64,000 nucleotides of DNA. Origin: Rebecca billardiae RCC1528. Lineage: Eukaryota > Protista > Haptophyta. The first letter of the stretch is position 1, and the number at the start of each line of letters is the position of its first letter. The stretch spans positions 62,001-126,000 of the forward strand of contig OZ251248.1 in NCBI GenBank assembly GCA_965240325.2, given 5' to 3'. The notes below the pieces were generated by a model. That model was not told where the DNA came from and did not search any database. It was given only the letters and a program-made list of their open reading frames with translations. The translations under genes and the position numbers were made by a program. Below, piece after piece: positions 12,189 to 25,514 of this stretch.

Positions 12189-14999
12189 GCGGCGGCGGCG
12201 AGGGCGGCGAGGGCGAGGAGGCGGACGGCGACGACGACGACGACGACGACGATGGCGGCGGCGGCGTCGACGCGCGCGCGGCCGACGCGGACGGCGCGGG
12301 CGCGGATGGCGGCGTGGCGCCGGGCGGCGGCTCGATGCGGCGGCGGGTGCGGCGCCGGCCCCGCGCCGACGGCGGCGGCTCGGACGCGAGCAGCTCGGCC
12401 GGCGGCGGCAGCAGCTTTGCGCGCACGCCGCGCGGCGGCGGCGGCGTCGGCGTCGGCGTCGGCGGCGTCGGCGGCGGCGTGGGCGGCGGTAGTGGCGGCG
12501 CCGACGCGCTCGGCGCGGCGCGCGGCGCGGCGGCCGCGGCCGCTGCGGCGATGGCGGAGGCGGGCCTCGCGGCGGACGGCGCGGATGATGGCGAGGACGA
12601 GCGGTTCGCAGAGCCGGCGGGGTACGCGGCGGAGGCGGCCGACGCCGACGCCGGCCCGCTCGTCGAGCTGGAGTACTGGCGGCGGCGGATGGGCGCGATG
12701 CTGCAGATCGAGCAGCAGCTGCGCTCGCGCGAGGCGGTCGCCATCGTCGGCGTCGTGCTGCACTCGGGCCGCCGCTTCCGCGAGCTCGCGCGCCGGTGGC
12801 AGGACCTCGTGTTCGGCGTGACGGACGCGGCGAACGAGGCGAAGGACAACGTCAAGTACCTCACGCTGCTCGAGCCGCAGCTGCGCGCGCTGTACGGCGG
12901 CTCGCTCGGCGCGATGGCCGAGGCGGTCGCGCCCCTCACCGAGCAGCTCAAGCTGGTCGGCACCGTGTCGCGCCACTACAACACGACGGAGCGGCTGGCC
13001 AACCTGCTGCACCGCGTGGTGCACCAGACGGTGCGCAACATGCGCGCGTGCCTCGAGCCCGCCGGCGGCCCCGCGCTGCTCCGGCAGCACCCCGCGCCCG
13101 CGCTCGAGCGGCTCTCGGAGGCGCAGGCGCTGTGCCGCTCGCTCGAGGCGGCGGTGCGCCGGCTCGCGGCCGAGCTGCCCGCCGGCCGGCTGGGCGGCGG
13201 CGAGCTCGACGCGCTGCTCGCGCCGCTCGAGATCTTCGCGCACCGGCTGGAGCAGCTGGGCACGGTGCTCTCCACGTGCCTCCAGTTCGCCGAGCTCGGC
13301 ACGATGCGCGTCGACGGCCTCGCCGAGCTCGCCGCGCTCTTCCGCGCGGCGCTGCGCGTGCTGCACGGCCGGCACGCGGCGGTGCTCGACACGTCCAACG
13401 CGCGCTTCGAGATCGACTTTTACCACTTTTTGGTGGTGGTGCGCAACCTGGAGAGCACGCTGCAGTCGTACATCAACGCGCGGTTCGACAACACGCGCAA
13501 CACCGAGGCCGCGCTCCAGCTGCTCTCGCAGTTCTCCGGCCTGCTGCGCGCGGGCGTCGTGCGCGACGACCTCTCGTCCAAGCTGGCGGTGATCTTCTCG
13601 GCGTACGCGCTCGACCTCGAGGACGTGCAGGCGCTGTACGAGGCGCACAAGGGGCGGCCGCCGTGCCCGCGCGGCTTCCCGCCCGTCGCGGGGCGCGTCG
13701 TGTGGGCGCGCCAGCTCCTCCGCCGCATCGAGCAGCCCATGCGCTACTTTGGCGCGCACGAGGCGCTGATGCGCGCGCCCGACTCGCGCAAGATTGTAAG
13801 GCAGTACAACCGGGTCGCGCGCGTGCTCGTGCAGTTCGAGGGGCTGTGGGTGGGCGCGTGGGCGCGCGGCGTGCCCGCGGTGCGCCGCGCGCTCGACGCG
13901 ACGCTGCTCGTGCGCGACCCGTCCGACGGGTCGCTCCACGTCAACCTCGACCCGGCGGTGCCGCAGCTGCTCGCCGAGGCGCGCCACCTGCTGCGGCTGG
14001 GCGAGGCCGTGCCGGCAGACGCGCTCACGCTGCTGCACGCGGCGCCGCGGCTGCGCGCGCACGCGAACGCGCTGGCGCACGCGCTGGGCGTGCGCGCGCG
14101 GCTGGGCTCGGCGCTGCCCGCCGAGCTGCGCCCGCTCCTCAAGCCGCACGTCGACGCCGTCGACGCCGTCCTCGCCGAGGGCACGGTCGCGCACACGTGG
14201 GCGGGCGCAGACACCTACTTCTTCCTGAGCGGCCTCGGCGGCGCGCTCGCCGACCTCGAGACGCTCGTGGGCAAGGTGAAGGCGGTGGCGGAGGTGCAGC
14301 TGCACCGCTCGCTGCGCAGCATGGCCGCCGCGCAGCTCGTCTCGCTGCCGTCCGAGGGCACCGTCGCGCTCGCCGAGTTTGTCGCCGTGCAGGTGAGCGC
14401 GGCGCCGTGTTGTCTCGTGTGTGTGCGTGGAGTGTGCGCGCGTGCGTGTGCGCGCGTGTTGTCTCGTGTGTGCGCGTCGAGTGTGCACGCGTGTGGAGTG
14501 TGCGCGCGTGCGTGTGCGCGCGCGTTGTCGTCTTTGAGCGTTGAGCGTGCGCGTGTGCGTGTTTGTGTGTGTGCGTGCCAGTGCGCGCGCGCGGCGGCGA
14601 GCGCGCACGTGCGCGCGGGCTGCGCGGCTCACGCGGCGCGCGCGCGCGCGCACCCGCCCGCCCGCCGCAGCGCGAGTCGTGCGCGCGCGCGGCCGCGCTG
14701 CTCGACGCCAAGTCGGAGGAGGCGGAGCGCGCGGTCAACCTGCTCTTCGAGATGGCGGCGGAGGCGCCGCTCGGCGGGCGGCGCGTGCCGGTCGAGCCGG
14801 GCGCGATGGCGGCCGTGCGGCGGCACTACGCCGAGCTGTGCGAGCACGCGGTGCTGAGCGCGGTGCGCGCCGCGCTCAAGGCGCTGCACGAGCGGCTCAC
14901 CGTGCGCGGCGGCGCGGCGCGGCTCGGCGCCGTCGGCGGCGGCGGCGGCGCGCTCGTCGGCGCTGGCGGCGGCGGCGGCGGCGGTGCCGCCGCCGCGGC

Positions 15000-15032
<33 letters not shown>

Positions 15033-18000
15033 GCGCGGCGGCGGCGCGGCCAAGCCGGGCGGCGGCGGCGGCGCGCGCGCGCCGCCGCCCGGCGCGGCCG
15101 CGCCGTCCGCGCCCGCGGCGCACGCGCGCGCGCTCGCGCCGCCCGCGCCCACACCCGCCCAATCGGCACCCGCCGGCGTCGCCGGCCGGTCCGGCGCGGT
15201 CGGCCCGCCGATGCCGCCCGTCGGCGGCTTCCTGTGGACGCAGCGGCCGTTTTTCGAGGTGCACGTCGAGCTGAGCGTGCCCGCCGTCTCCATCGTGCCG
15301 TCGGTGGACGCGGTGCAGGGTGCGGTGAACGGCGCGGCGCGCGAGGTGCTCGGCGTCGCGCGCGCGCTGCAGCCGTGGAGCTGGCCCGAGTCGATCGCCG
15401 AGCAGCTGCAGGCGGCGGACGCGGCGCACGCGCGGCTGGACGCGTCCGCGGCCGCCGCGCGCGCGCACTCCATACTCGCCCCGTCGGGCGGCGGCGGCGG
15501 CGGCGGCGAGGAGGAGGGCGCGCTCCATCACTCATCGGAGTACGGTGGCGGCGGCGGCGGGCTTGGCGCGGCCTCGCCGCTCGCGCGCACGCCCGCGCGC
15601 TCGCCGATGCGCTCGCCGTCCGCGCGCGGCGGCGGGCTGGGCGCGCACTGGGGCTCTGCCTCGGAGCGCGGCGGCGGCGGCGACGACGGCGGCGGCGGCG
15701 GCGGCGTTCTGCTCAGCCGCGCGGAGCGGCAGCGCCTGCAGCAGGCCGTGGCCGACGGCGCGTTCATCCGGTGCGCGCGCGCGCGCCGAGATCGCAACCT
15801 CGCGCCCGCGCGCGCCGACGCGACCGCCGCCGCCGCGCGCCCGACTGAGCGCGCGCGCCCACGCGCCGCCGCCGCCCGCCGCGCGCGCGCGCGCGGCGCA
15901 GGCGCGCGCGGCAGCTCTTCGACGCGGCGGCGCACGCCGAGGCCGCGGCGCGCGCGTCCGCCGCCGCGCCCGCGCCCGCCGAGCCCGCCGGCGGCTCGGC
16001 GGCGGCGCGCCCGCCGGCGGCGCGCGCGCGCGCGCCCGCCGGCCGCGAGATTGCAATCTCGCGGCAGAACTCGCCGCCCGCGCTCGCGGTCGTGGTGCCG
16101 GGGCGCGAGATTGCAATCTCGAAGGAGTCGATGCGCGCGACGCTGCTCGCCGAGCTGCTCCACGGCGTGCCCGGCCACGGCGGCGGCGCGCACCCCGCGC
16201 ACGCGCACGGCCACGCGCACGGCCACGGCGGCGGCGCGGGCGGCGCCGACTGGCTGCGCGATGAGTCGGGCGGGCCCTCGGCCGGCGGCGGCGGCGGTGG
16301 TGGCGGTGGCGGCGGCGGCGCGGCCGCGCCGCGCTCGCCCGCGCCGGCGCGCAGCCCGCGCCCGTCGGGCAGCTTCAGCGCGGCGCGGCGCGCGCCGTCG
16401 CCCGCCGCCGCCGCCGCCGCGGCCGCGGCCGCCGGCGCCAAGCCCGCCCACGCGGCGCGCGCGCTCGGCGGCGCGGCCGCGGCGGGCGCGGGCGCGGGCG
16501 CGCAGCAGCAGCAGCAGCAGCAGCAGGCGCAGCAGCAGGCGCAGGCGAGCGCGTCCGCCGCGGTGGCGCGCGAGCGCGCGGCGGCGGTCGCGGCGATCGA
16601 GCGGCGGCTCGGCGCGGCACTCGCGCGCTCGGACCGCGACCACTCGGGCGACGTGACCTTTGCCGAGTTCCTCGCCACGTGCAAGCGGCTCTCGCGCCGC
16701 GCGTCCTTCTCGATGCTGCCGCGCGTCGGCTCGGACATGTCGGTTGTGGTGGCGGTGCTGCGGCTGGCGGGCGGGCTGCACGGTCTCAAGCTGGCGGTGG
16801 ACGCGCACACGGCCACGTTCGCAGACTTCTCGCACCTGTGGACCGCGTCGGTGCGCGAGGAGGTGGGAGCATTCGTCGCGGGCTCGCCGCGCCCCGAGTC
16901 GTTCGTCGCGCAGCTCGACGGCTACGGCGGGCTGGACGCGCGGATCGCGCGGCTGGCGCCCGTGCACACGGCGGGGCCCTTGTCCCTCAACGCGACCCAC
17001 CTCAAGGTGGCGCTGCGCGCGGAGTGCGCGGCGTGGCGCGCGGCGTACGCGGCGGAGCTGCACGCCATCGCCAAGGCGCGGCTCGAGACGCGCCTCGCGC
17101 ACTTTGCCGAGTGCCGCCGCCACCTCGGCCGCGAGATTGGCCACCTGCTGCTCGCCGCCGAGGCGGGCGGCTCGGGCGGCGCGGCGGCGGGGCAGCCCGC
17201 GGCCGACGAGGCGGGCGGCGGCGGCGGCAGCGGCGGCGGCGGCGGGCTGCTGGGCACGTCGCTGCTGTCGGAGGTGCGCGCGCTGCTGCACGCGGTGCGC
17301 ACGATGCACGCGGCGGACGAGGCCGTCGACCACGACGTCTCGCGCCTCGAGGAGCTGTACGGCCACCTCGCGCGCCACGCGGGCGCGGCGGACGTGCCGC
17401 GCGCCGAGCTGGACGCGGTCGACGAGCTGCGGCATGAGTGGCGTGTGCTGCGCGCGCGCGCGGATGAGCGCTCGGCGGAGATGTCGGGGCTGCAGGAGCG
17501 GCTGCACGCGCAGCTGCTCGGCGCGCTGCGCACGTTCACGGCCGAGCTGCGCGCGCTCGGCGCCGAGTTCGACGCCGCCGGGCCCATGTCCGCGGGCATC
17601 TCGCAGGGTGAGGCGCGCGCGCGCCTCTCGCGGTTTGCTGCGTCCGCGGACAACAGGGCGCTGCAGCTGCGCGAGCTGAACGTGGGCGAGGCGCTGTTCG
17701 GGCTGCAGCCCACGTCGGCGCTCGAGCTGGGCGAGATCCAGCGGCAGTGCGCGCTGTGCGAGCGCGTCCTCGGCCTCGAGGCCGAGCTCGAGCGCACCGT
17801 CGTCCGCCACCTCGACGCGCCATGGGCGCAGGCGGCCGAGCGGCTGTCCGACGGCGCGTTTGGGAACGCGGTCGCGTCGATCGCCGGCCTCGCCGCCAAG
17901 CTGCCGCCCGAGGCGCGGCGCGCGCCGGCGTCGGCGCGGCTGCGGCGCACGCTCGAGGCGATGCGCTCGGTCGTGCCGCTGCTGCAGGCCCTCGCGCACC

Positions 18001-18273
18001 CCGCCATGCGCCCGCGCCACTGGGAGGCGCTCTCGCAGCTGTGCGGCCTGCCAGAGCCGCTGCGGCCGCGCGAGCCGTCGCTCACGGCGCGCGCGCTGCT
18101 CGACGCGGGCGTGCGCCTCCGCTCGGCGGAGGTGCTCGCGCTGTGCCACACGGCGCGCGAGGAGGCGGCGCTCGAGGCGCGGCTCGACTCGACCGTCTCC
18201 GACTGGTGGTCCGCCTCGCTCGCCCTCACGCACCCGTATGCGCCCGGCGGCGCGCCATCCGGCGGCGGCGCGG

Positions 18274-18314
<41 letters not shown>

Positions 18315-19737
18315 GACGGGCGCGCGCTGCTCGACCTCGACGCGGCGCTGGAGCAGCGCGCGCGGATCGACGACGCGCTGGCCGAGCTCGCGTCGATCAC
18401 CGCCTCGCGCTACGGCGAGCCCTTCGCCGCGCGCTGCGCCGACGCGATGGCGCGGCTCGGCGCGGTCGGCGAGCTGCTCGACGCGTTCACGCGCGCGCAG
18501 CGCGCCTACGTGCGGCTGGCGCCGCTGTTCAGCGCGGCAGACGTGGCGCGCTCGCTGCCGCGGCAGGCGAAGGTGTTCGAGGCGGCGGAGCGCGGGTGGG
18601 ACAAGCTGCTCCGCCGCGCGGCCGACTCGCCCGCGCTCGTCTCCCTCGCCGACGCCGACTCCGCGCTGCTCCACGCCATCGAGCACGTGCTCGCGCAGCT
18701 CGAGTCGTGCGCGCGCGCACTGTCCGCGTACCTGCACGCCAAGCGGCGGGTGTTCCCAAGGCTCGGGCTGGTGGGCGACGCGGCGCTGCTCGAGCTGCTC
18801 TCGCAGGCGGGCGCGCAGCCCGCGGCGGTGCTCGGGCCGCAGATGCCCGCGCTCTTCGACGCGGCGACGCGGCTGCTCCTCGTCGACGACTCGAGCGCGC
18901 TCGCGCCCACCACCGCCGCGGCCGGCGGCGGCGGCGGCGGCGGCGCGGAGGGCTCGGCAGAGGAGCGTGCGGCGGCGGCCGCCGCGACCGCCGCGCGGCG
19001 CGTGCGCTCGCACGCCGCGGGCGGCGGCGGCGGCGGCGGCGCGCGAATCGGCGGCGGCGGCGGGCCGGGCGGCGGCTCGCACAAGCCGCCGCCCCTCTGG
19101 CGCATCGTCGGCCTCGCCGACGCGGCGGGCGAAGTGCTCGCGCTCGCGCCGCCCGCGCTCACCATGGCCGCGGGCGCGCGCGGTCGCGCGGCCGCGGCCG
19201 CGGCGGCGCACGCCGACGGCGGCGGCGCGGCGGCGCACGCGGCGGGGGCGGGCCCGCCCTCCGCCGCGCAGCCCGCGCCGCCCGCCGCGCTCCCGTCCAT
19301 CGGCGACGCCACCGTCGCCGTGACGGTCGCTGAGGTGGACGCTGAGTGCGCGGAGCACGGCGCGCGCGTCGCGCCGCCCGGCGCGCCCGGCTCGGGCGGC
19401 GCGCGCGCGCAGGCGCTGGCCGCGCTGGGCGCGGCGGCGGGCGGCGGGCTGGGCGGCGCGGGCGCGCTCACCGCCGCGGGCGCGACCACGCGCGAGGTGG
19501 GCATCGAGGTGGCCGGCCCCGTCGAGGGCTGGCTCGCGCGCGCGCTGCACCTCGCGCGCTGCGTGCTGCGCGCGCACTGCCGCGCGGCCGCGGCGGACGC
19601 GCTCGACGGGCTCGGCGTCGCCGCGTCGACGCCCGAGGCGCTGGCGGAGCCGCACGTGCCCGCGCAGGCGGCGGCGCTGTGCCTCGCGCTGCGCTTCGAC
19701 GCGGAGGTCACCGACGCGCTCGGCGCGATGGCGGCGA

Positions 19738-19768
<31 letters not shown>

Positions 19769-20143
19769 GGGCGGCGGCGCGGCGCCGCTGCTCGCGGTCG
19801 GCCGCCGGCTGCGCGCGCGGATCGCGCGCGTCGCCGACGCGACGCTGGGCGCGCACGCGCACGCCGCGGCGTCGGAGGCGCGGCGCGGCGGCGGTCCCGC
19901 GGCGCCCGGCGCGCCCTCCGCGCTCGCGTGGGCGCGGCTGCAGGGGCTCTGCCTCGAGCTGATCCGGCAGCGCGACGCGCACGCCGCGCTCCTCGACGCG
20001 CGCGCCGCCTCGGCCTCCGACTGGGCGTGGGCGGGGCAGCTGCGCCCCGCCTTCTCGACGAGCGCGCCCTCGCCCGGGTACGGGCACCAGCACATCAGCA
20101 CAGGCGGCGGCGGTGGCGGCGGTGCGGGCGGCGGCGGCGGCGG

Positions 20144-20176
<33 letters not shown>

Positions 20177-23100
20177 CGGCGGTGCCAAGGGGTGCGGCTG
20201 CGGCCCAAAGCCGGGCGGCGGCGGCGCGAGCAGTGCGGTGATCAGCTCCGCCGTCGAGCGGCGGCAGGCGGTGGACGCGGAGCGCGCGGTCGGGCGCGGG
20301 CCGGGCGGCGGCAAGGCGGCGGCGGCGGCGGCGGCGGCCGCGGCGCAGTCGCAGGCGGAGGCGCGCGCGGCGGCGGGCTCGATGCAGCTGCTCGCGCCCG
20401 GCGGCGTCGCGGTGGAGTGCGGCTTCGAGTGGGCCGGCGGCTTCGGCGCCGGGCTCGCGCAGCACGGCGGCTCCGCCGGCGGTTACGCCGGCGGTTACGC
20501 GTACGTGTGCGGCGGGTACGGCGGGTACGTGCTCGGCGCGGGCACGGCGCGCGCGCAGCTCGCGCTCGCGCACGCGCTGCGCGACCTGCGCGCCGTCTCC
20601 GTCGTGAACGCGGGCGGGCCGTCCGTCGCGCCCGTCGGCGTCGGCCGCGCGTCCACAGTGCGCGCGCTCGCCGCCGCGGCGGGGCGTCTGTGCGTCACCG
20701 TCACGGCCGCGCCCGCGGGCGCGGCGGCGCTGCCGCGGCTGCTCGCCGCGGCGGCGGGCTCGGGCGCGTGGCTGCTGGTGCGCGAGCTCGAGCACGCCGC
20801 GCCGCCCGCCGCGCTCGCGACGCTCTCCCTCGGCCTCGCCGCCGCGCTCGGCGCGCTGCGCGCCAAGGCGCGCTCCTTTGTCGACCCGAGCGCGCCCGCG
20901 CCCGCCAACGGCGCGGACTGGGGCGCGGCCGCGCTCGTCTCGGGGCGGAGCGGCGGCGCGTCCGACCCGGCCGCGAGCCCGGTGCTGCTCGCGTACCCGT
21001 TCGCGTGCGCGCTCACGCTGCCCGCGCCGATGGGCGCGGGCCGCGCGCCGCTGCCGCCCGCGCTGCGCGCGCTCCTCCGGCCGGTGGCGCTGGTGCCGCC
21101 GCACCCGCCAGCGCTCGCGGCCGCGCTGCTCGGCGCCGCCGGCTTTGCCGACGCGCCGGCGCTGTGCGCGCAGCTCGGCGCGGCGTGCGCGTTCGCCGCG
21201 CACGCGCTCTGCGCGCCGCACAAGACGGCCGACGGCTACGCCGGCGTGCCCACGCGCGGCGGTGTGATGCACGCCGACCTCACCAAGGGCCAGCTGCTCA
21301 ACGCGCACACCGCCGCGCGCGCGGCGCACGGCGCGGCCGAGGCGCGGCGCGCGCACGGCGCGCGCGCGGCGGCGGCGGCGCTCGCGGCGGGCGCGCGCGA
21401 CGACGGCCCCGCGGCGGCGGCGGCGGCGGCGCTCGGCGCGGCCACGCCCGAGCTCGAGCGCGCCTGGCTCGCCGAGGGCTGGCGCCGCGCGGTGAGCGCG
21501 CGCCTGCCCGCCGCGGACGCGGCCGCCGCCACGCAGGCCGTGAGTGCGTACCTGCTCGCCGAGCGGCCGCCGCACGCGCCCGCGCCGCCGGGCGGCGCGG
21601 ACGGCGGCGGCGCGAGCGGCGGCGGCGGCGCGGCGGCGGCGGGCGGGCCGACGACGGGGCGGCGCTCGCCGCCCACCGTCGTCGCGCCCGCCGAGGCGGC
21701 GGAGGCCGTGGGCGCGCCCGCCGCGGCCGCGCCGCCGTCCGCGGCCGGCGCTTTGCCCGCGGGCGGCGGCGGCGCGGGCGGCGGCGGCGCGGCCGCCGCG
21801 CCGCTCGCGGCCGTGGGCGGCAAGGGCGGCGAGGGCGGCGGCGTGGGCGCGGCGCAGCGCGCGGCGCTGCTCGACGCGCTGCGCCGGCCCGACGCGCTCG
21901 CCACCGCGCCGCCCGCCGCGCCGCTGCCGCCCGCGCCCGCGCCCGCGGCCGCGGCCGCGGCGGCCGGCACCGGCCGCGGCGGGCCGGCGGTGGCGCGGCG
22001 CGCGGCCGAGCAGCGCGCGGCCGAGCGCGCGCTCGCGCGCGCGGCGGAGCGCGGCGCCGCGAGCCTGCGCGCGCCGCCGCTGCGCGAGGCGGAGGCCTTC
22101 GTCGCGGCGTGCGAGGCGCTGCACGCCGCCGCGTCCGCGCACGCGTGCGTCATCGTCTGCGGCGAGGCGGGCTCGGGCAAGACTGAGGGTACGCGCGCGG
22201 TGCTGCGCATGCGCACGCGGCTGCTGCACGCGCCGCCGCCGGGCGGCGCGCACGCGCGCCGCGGCTCGTCGCACCGCGGCACGAACGCGCCGGGCGGCGG
22301 CGGCGGCGGCGGCGGCGCGCGCCGCGGCCGCGCCGCCGCCGCCGCCGCCGCCGCCGCGCAGTGGCGCGAGTGCCGCGTGTACACGGGTGCGCTCTCAACC
22401 GCCGCGCTGCTCGGCGGCACGCACGCGCGCCACCGCGAGTGGGCGGACGGCGCGCTCACCGCGGCGTGGCGCGCCGCGCTGGAGGAGACGAGCGCGGCCG
22501 CGGCGGTCGGCGCGGGCGGCGGCGTGTGGCTCGTGCTCGACGGCCCGCTCGCCTCCGCTGGCGCCGCCGCGTCCGCGGGCGGCGCGGGCGGCGGGCTCTC
22601 GTCCGAGGTCGCGCTGCTCGAGGTCGGCGCGGCGCTGCGCTCGCCCAAGCCGACGCTCGCGCTGGGCAACGGCGACCGGCTGCCGCTCACCGCGGGGATG
22701 GGCGTGCTCTTCGAGACCGACTCGATCGCGCACGCCGCGCCCGCCGCGCTCTCGGGCTGCGCCCTCGTCCAGTTCGGCCCTGAGCTGCCGTGGCGCGCGC
22801 CGTGGGCGCGCTGGCTGGCGGCACATCCGTTGCTCTCGCCAAAGCAGCGCGCGACGCTTGCCTCGCTGGCGGACACGTACTTGGGCGTGGCGGGTGCGCC
22901 GGGCGGGGGCGGCGGCGGCGCGGCGGCGGCGGGGGCGCACGGCGGGCAGCACCCGCCGCCGCAGCCGCACGCGCGCGGCGGCGGCGGCGCGCTCGCCGTC
23001 GCCGCGCTCGCGTGCGGCCCCACGGCGCTCCCGCAGACGGACGGCGCGCGCGTGTGCACGCTCACCGCGCTCATCGACGCGCACCTCGCGGACGCGCACG

Positions 23101-24577
23101 CGGCGGCGCTCGAGCTGGGCGAGGAGATGGGGCAGGACGAGGGCGGCGACGGCGCGGACGGCGGCGGCGACGAGGCCGAGCTGCGCCGCGCCGCGCCCGC
23201 CGCCTCCGAGGCGGGTGGCGCGCGCGGCGGCGCGCGCGAGCCACCCTCGCGCGGCGGCGGCGGCGGCGGCGGCGGCGCGCCGTCGGGCCCCGTCTCGGCC
23301 GACGCGCTGCCGGGCACCGAGTTTGCCCGCGACCGCGCGTCCGCCGTGCCCGGGCTGGGCGCGCTCGCGCTCGAGCGCATCTTCGTGCATGCGCTGTGCT
23401 GGGCGCTGGGCGGCGCGCTGCCCGCGGCCGGGCGCGCGCGGCTTGAGCTGTGGCTGCGCTCCGTCGCGCAGGGGCCGGAGAAGGCGGGCGGCGCGGGCTC
23501 GGGCGGCGGCGCGGGCGGCGGCGGCGGCGGCGGCACCGCGGCCGCGATCGCCGCCGCCAAGGCGCGCGGCGCCGCGGGCGCCAAGGGGCGCGCGGCGAAG
23601 GAGGCGGCGGCGGCGGCGGCGGCGGCGGCGGAGGCGGTGGCCAACTCCGTCCTCCCGCCCGCGCCGCCGCCCAGCCCGCCCCCCGGCTCCGCCGCCGCCA
23701 CCGCCGCGGCGGACGGTCTCTGGGGGCTGTTGCTGCGCGTGAGCGCCACCGCCGCTACGTGGGAGCAGGCGGACGAGGCGCTCGCGGCGCTGCGCGGCGG
23801 CGGCGCGGACGGCGGCGGCGCGGACGGCGCCGCCGCCTCCGCGCCGCTGCACTCCGGCTGGACGCCCGCCGACGCGCTCGTGCCCGCCGTGCCCGCCGCG
23901 CTCGTCGGGCCGGGCCAGCCGCTGCCGCTCACGGCCGGCCGCGCGCTCGCCGTCACGGGCGAGTTGCTGGTGCACTCGGCGCACTCGCTGGCGATCGGGC
24001 TGGTGCTGCGGCTCGCGCACGCGCCGCCGCCCGCGCGCGCGCACGCGGAGGGCGCGGGCGAGGCGAGCCGCGCGCCCAACGCGCGGCGCCTCGCGCTGCT
24101 CCTCGGCGCGCCCGGGCTGGGCAAGCGCTCGATCGCACGGCTGCACGCCGCCGGCGCGTGCGTGCGCGCCTACTCGCGCGCCGCCGTGTTCGGCGGCGGC
24201 GGCGCGGACGACGGCGGCGGGAGCGGCGGCGGCGGCGGCGGCGGCGCGCGGCAGCTGCGGCCGAGCGTGGGGTATGCCGAGCTGCCGATGCGGCTGCTCC
24301 GCCTCGCCGGCGCGTGCGGGCTGCACGGCGCGCTGCGCGCGCAGCTCGACGCGCTGCCGCAGGGCCGCGCGCTCGGGCCGGCGGGCGGGCGCGCGCGGCT
24401 CACCGTCTGCATCGACGACCTTGGCGTGGGCGGCGGCGGCGGCGGCGCGTGCGCGGCGGCGGAGGTGCTGCGGCAGCTGCTCGACTCGCGCACGCTGCCC
24501 GCGGCGCAGGGCGCGCCGAGCTCCGCGTCCGCGTGGGCCGCGCCGCTCGTGCCCTCCGCCGTGCCCGCGCCGCCCGC

Positions 24578-24619
<42 letters not shown>

Positions 24620-24840
24620 GGGCGCGCGCGGCGGCGGCGGCGCGGGCGCGCGCGGCGGCGCGGCGGGCGCGGCCGCCGCGGCGGTGCACGCGGCCGCCGC
24701 CGTCGCGGGCGGCGTGGGCGTCGAGGGCCTCGCCCTCCTCGGCATCGTGCACACGCCGGCCACGCCACTCCACTCGCAGCCCGCCGCGCCGCCGCCGGGC
24801 GCCGGCGCCGCCGCGCCGCCGAGCGGCGCGCACGGCCGCG

Positions 24841-24872
<32 letters not shown>

Positions 24873-25483
24873 AGCGGGCGCTCCAAGGCGGGCGCCGCGG
24901 CCGCGGCCGCGGCGGCGGCGGCCGCGCCGCCGCCGCCGCCCGCGCACGCGCGCGCGCAGGGCGCGCTCTCCGCGCGGCTCACGCGCCACGCCACCGTGGT
25001 CGCGCTCGGCGCGCCCACGGGCCGCATCGTGCAGCAGCTCTTCGCTCCGCTGCTGCGCGCGGCGCTCTTTGCGCCGCCGCCGCGGCCGGCGGGCTCGGCG
25101 CTCGCGAGCGTCGCGGACGGCGCGGCGGCGGCGGCGGCGGCGGCGGCGATGGCGGCGGCGGCGGCGGCGGGCGCGGCGGGCGGCGGGAGCGGCAACGCGC
25201 TCGTCGACGGCGGCGGCTTTGCTCAGCCGCTCGCCGCCACCGCCGACGCTGTCGCCGCTGCCGGCGGCGGCGGCGGCGGCGGCGGCGCGGCCGGCGGCGC
25301 GGGCGGCGCCGCGGGCGGCGCCGCCGCGCCCACGCCCGCCTCGGCCGTGGGCACGGGCGGCGCGCGCGCCGCGCTCAACGCGTTCCACCAGGTACGCGCC
25401 GCGGGCAGCGGCGGCGTGCTCGGCGCCGCGGGCGCGCACGCCGCCGCCGCCGCCGCCACCGCCGGGCCGGCGGCGGTCGACCG

Positions 25484-25514
<31 letters not shown>

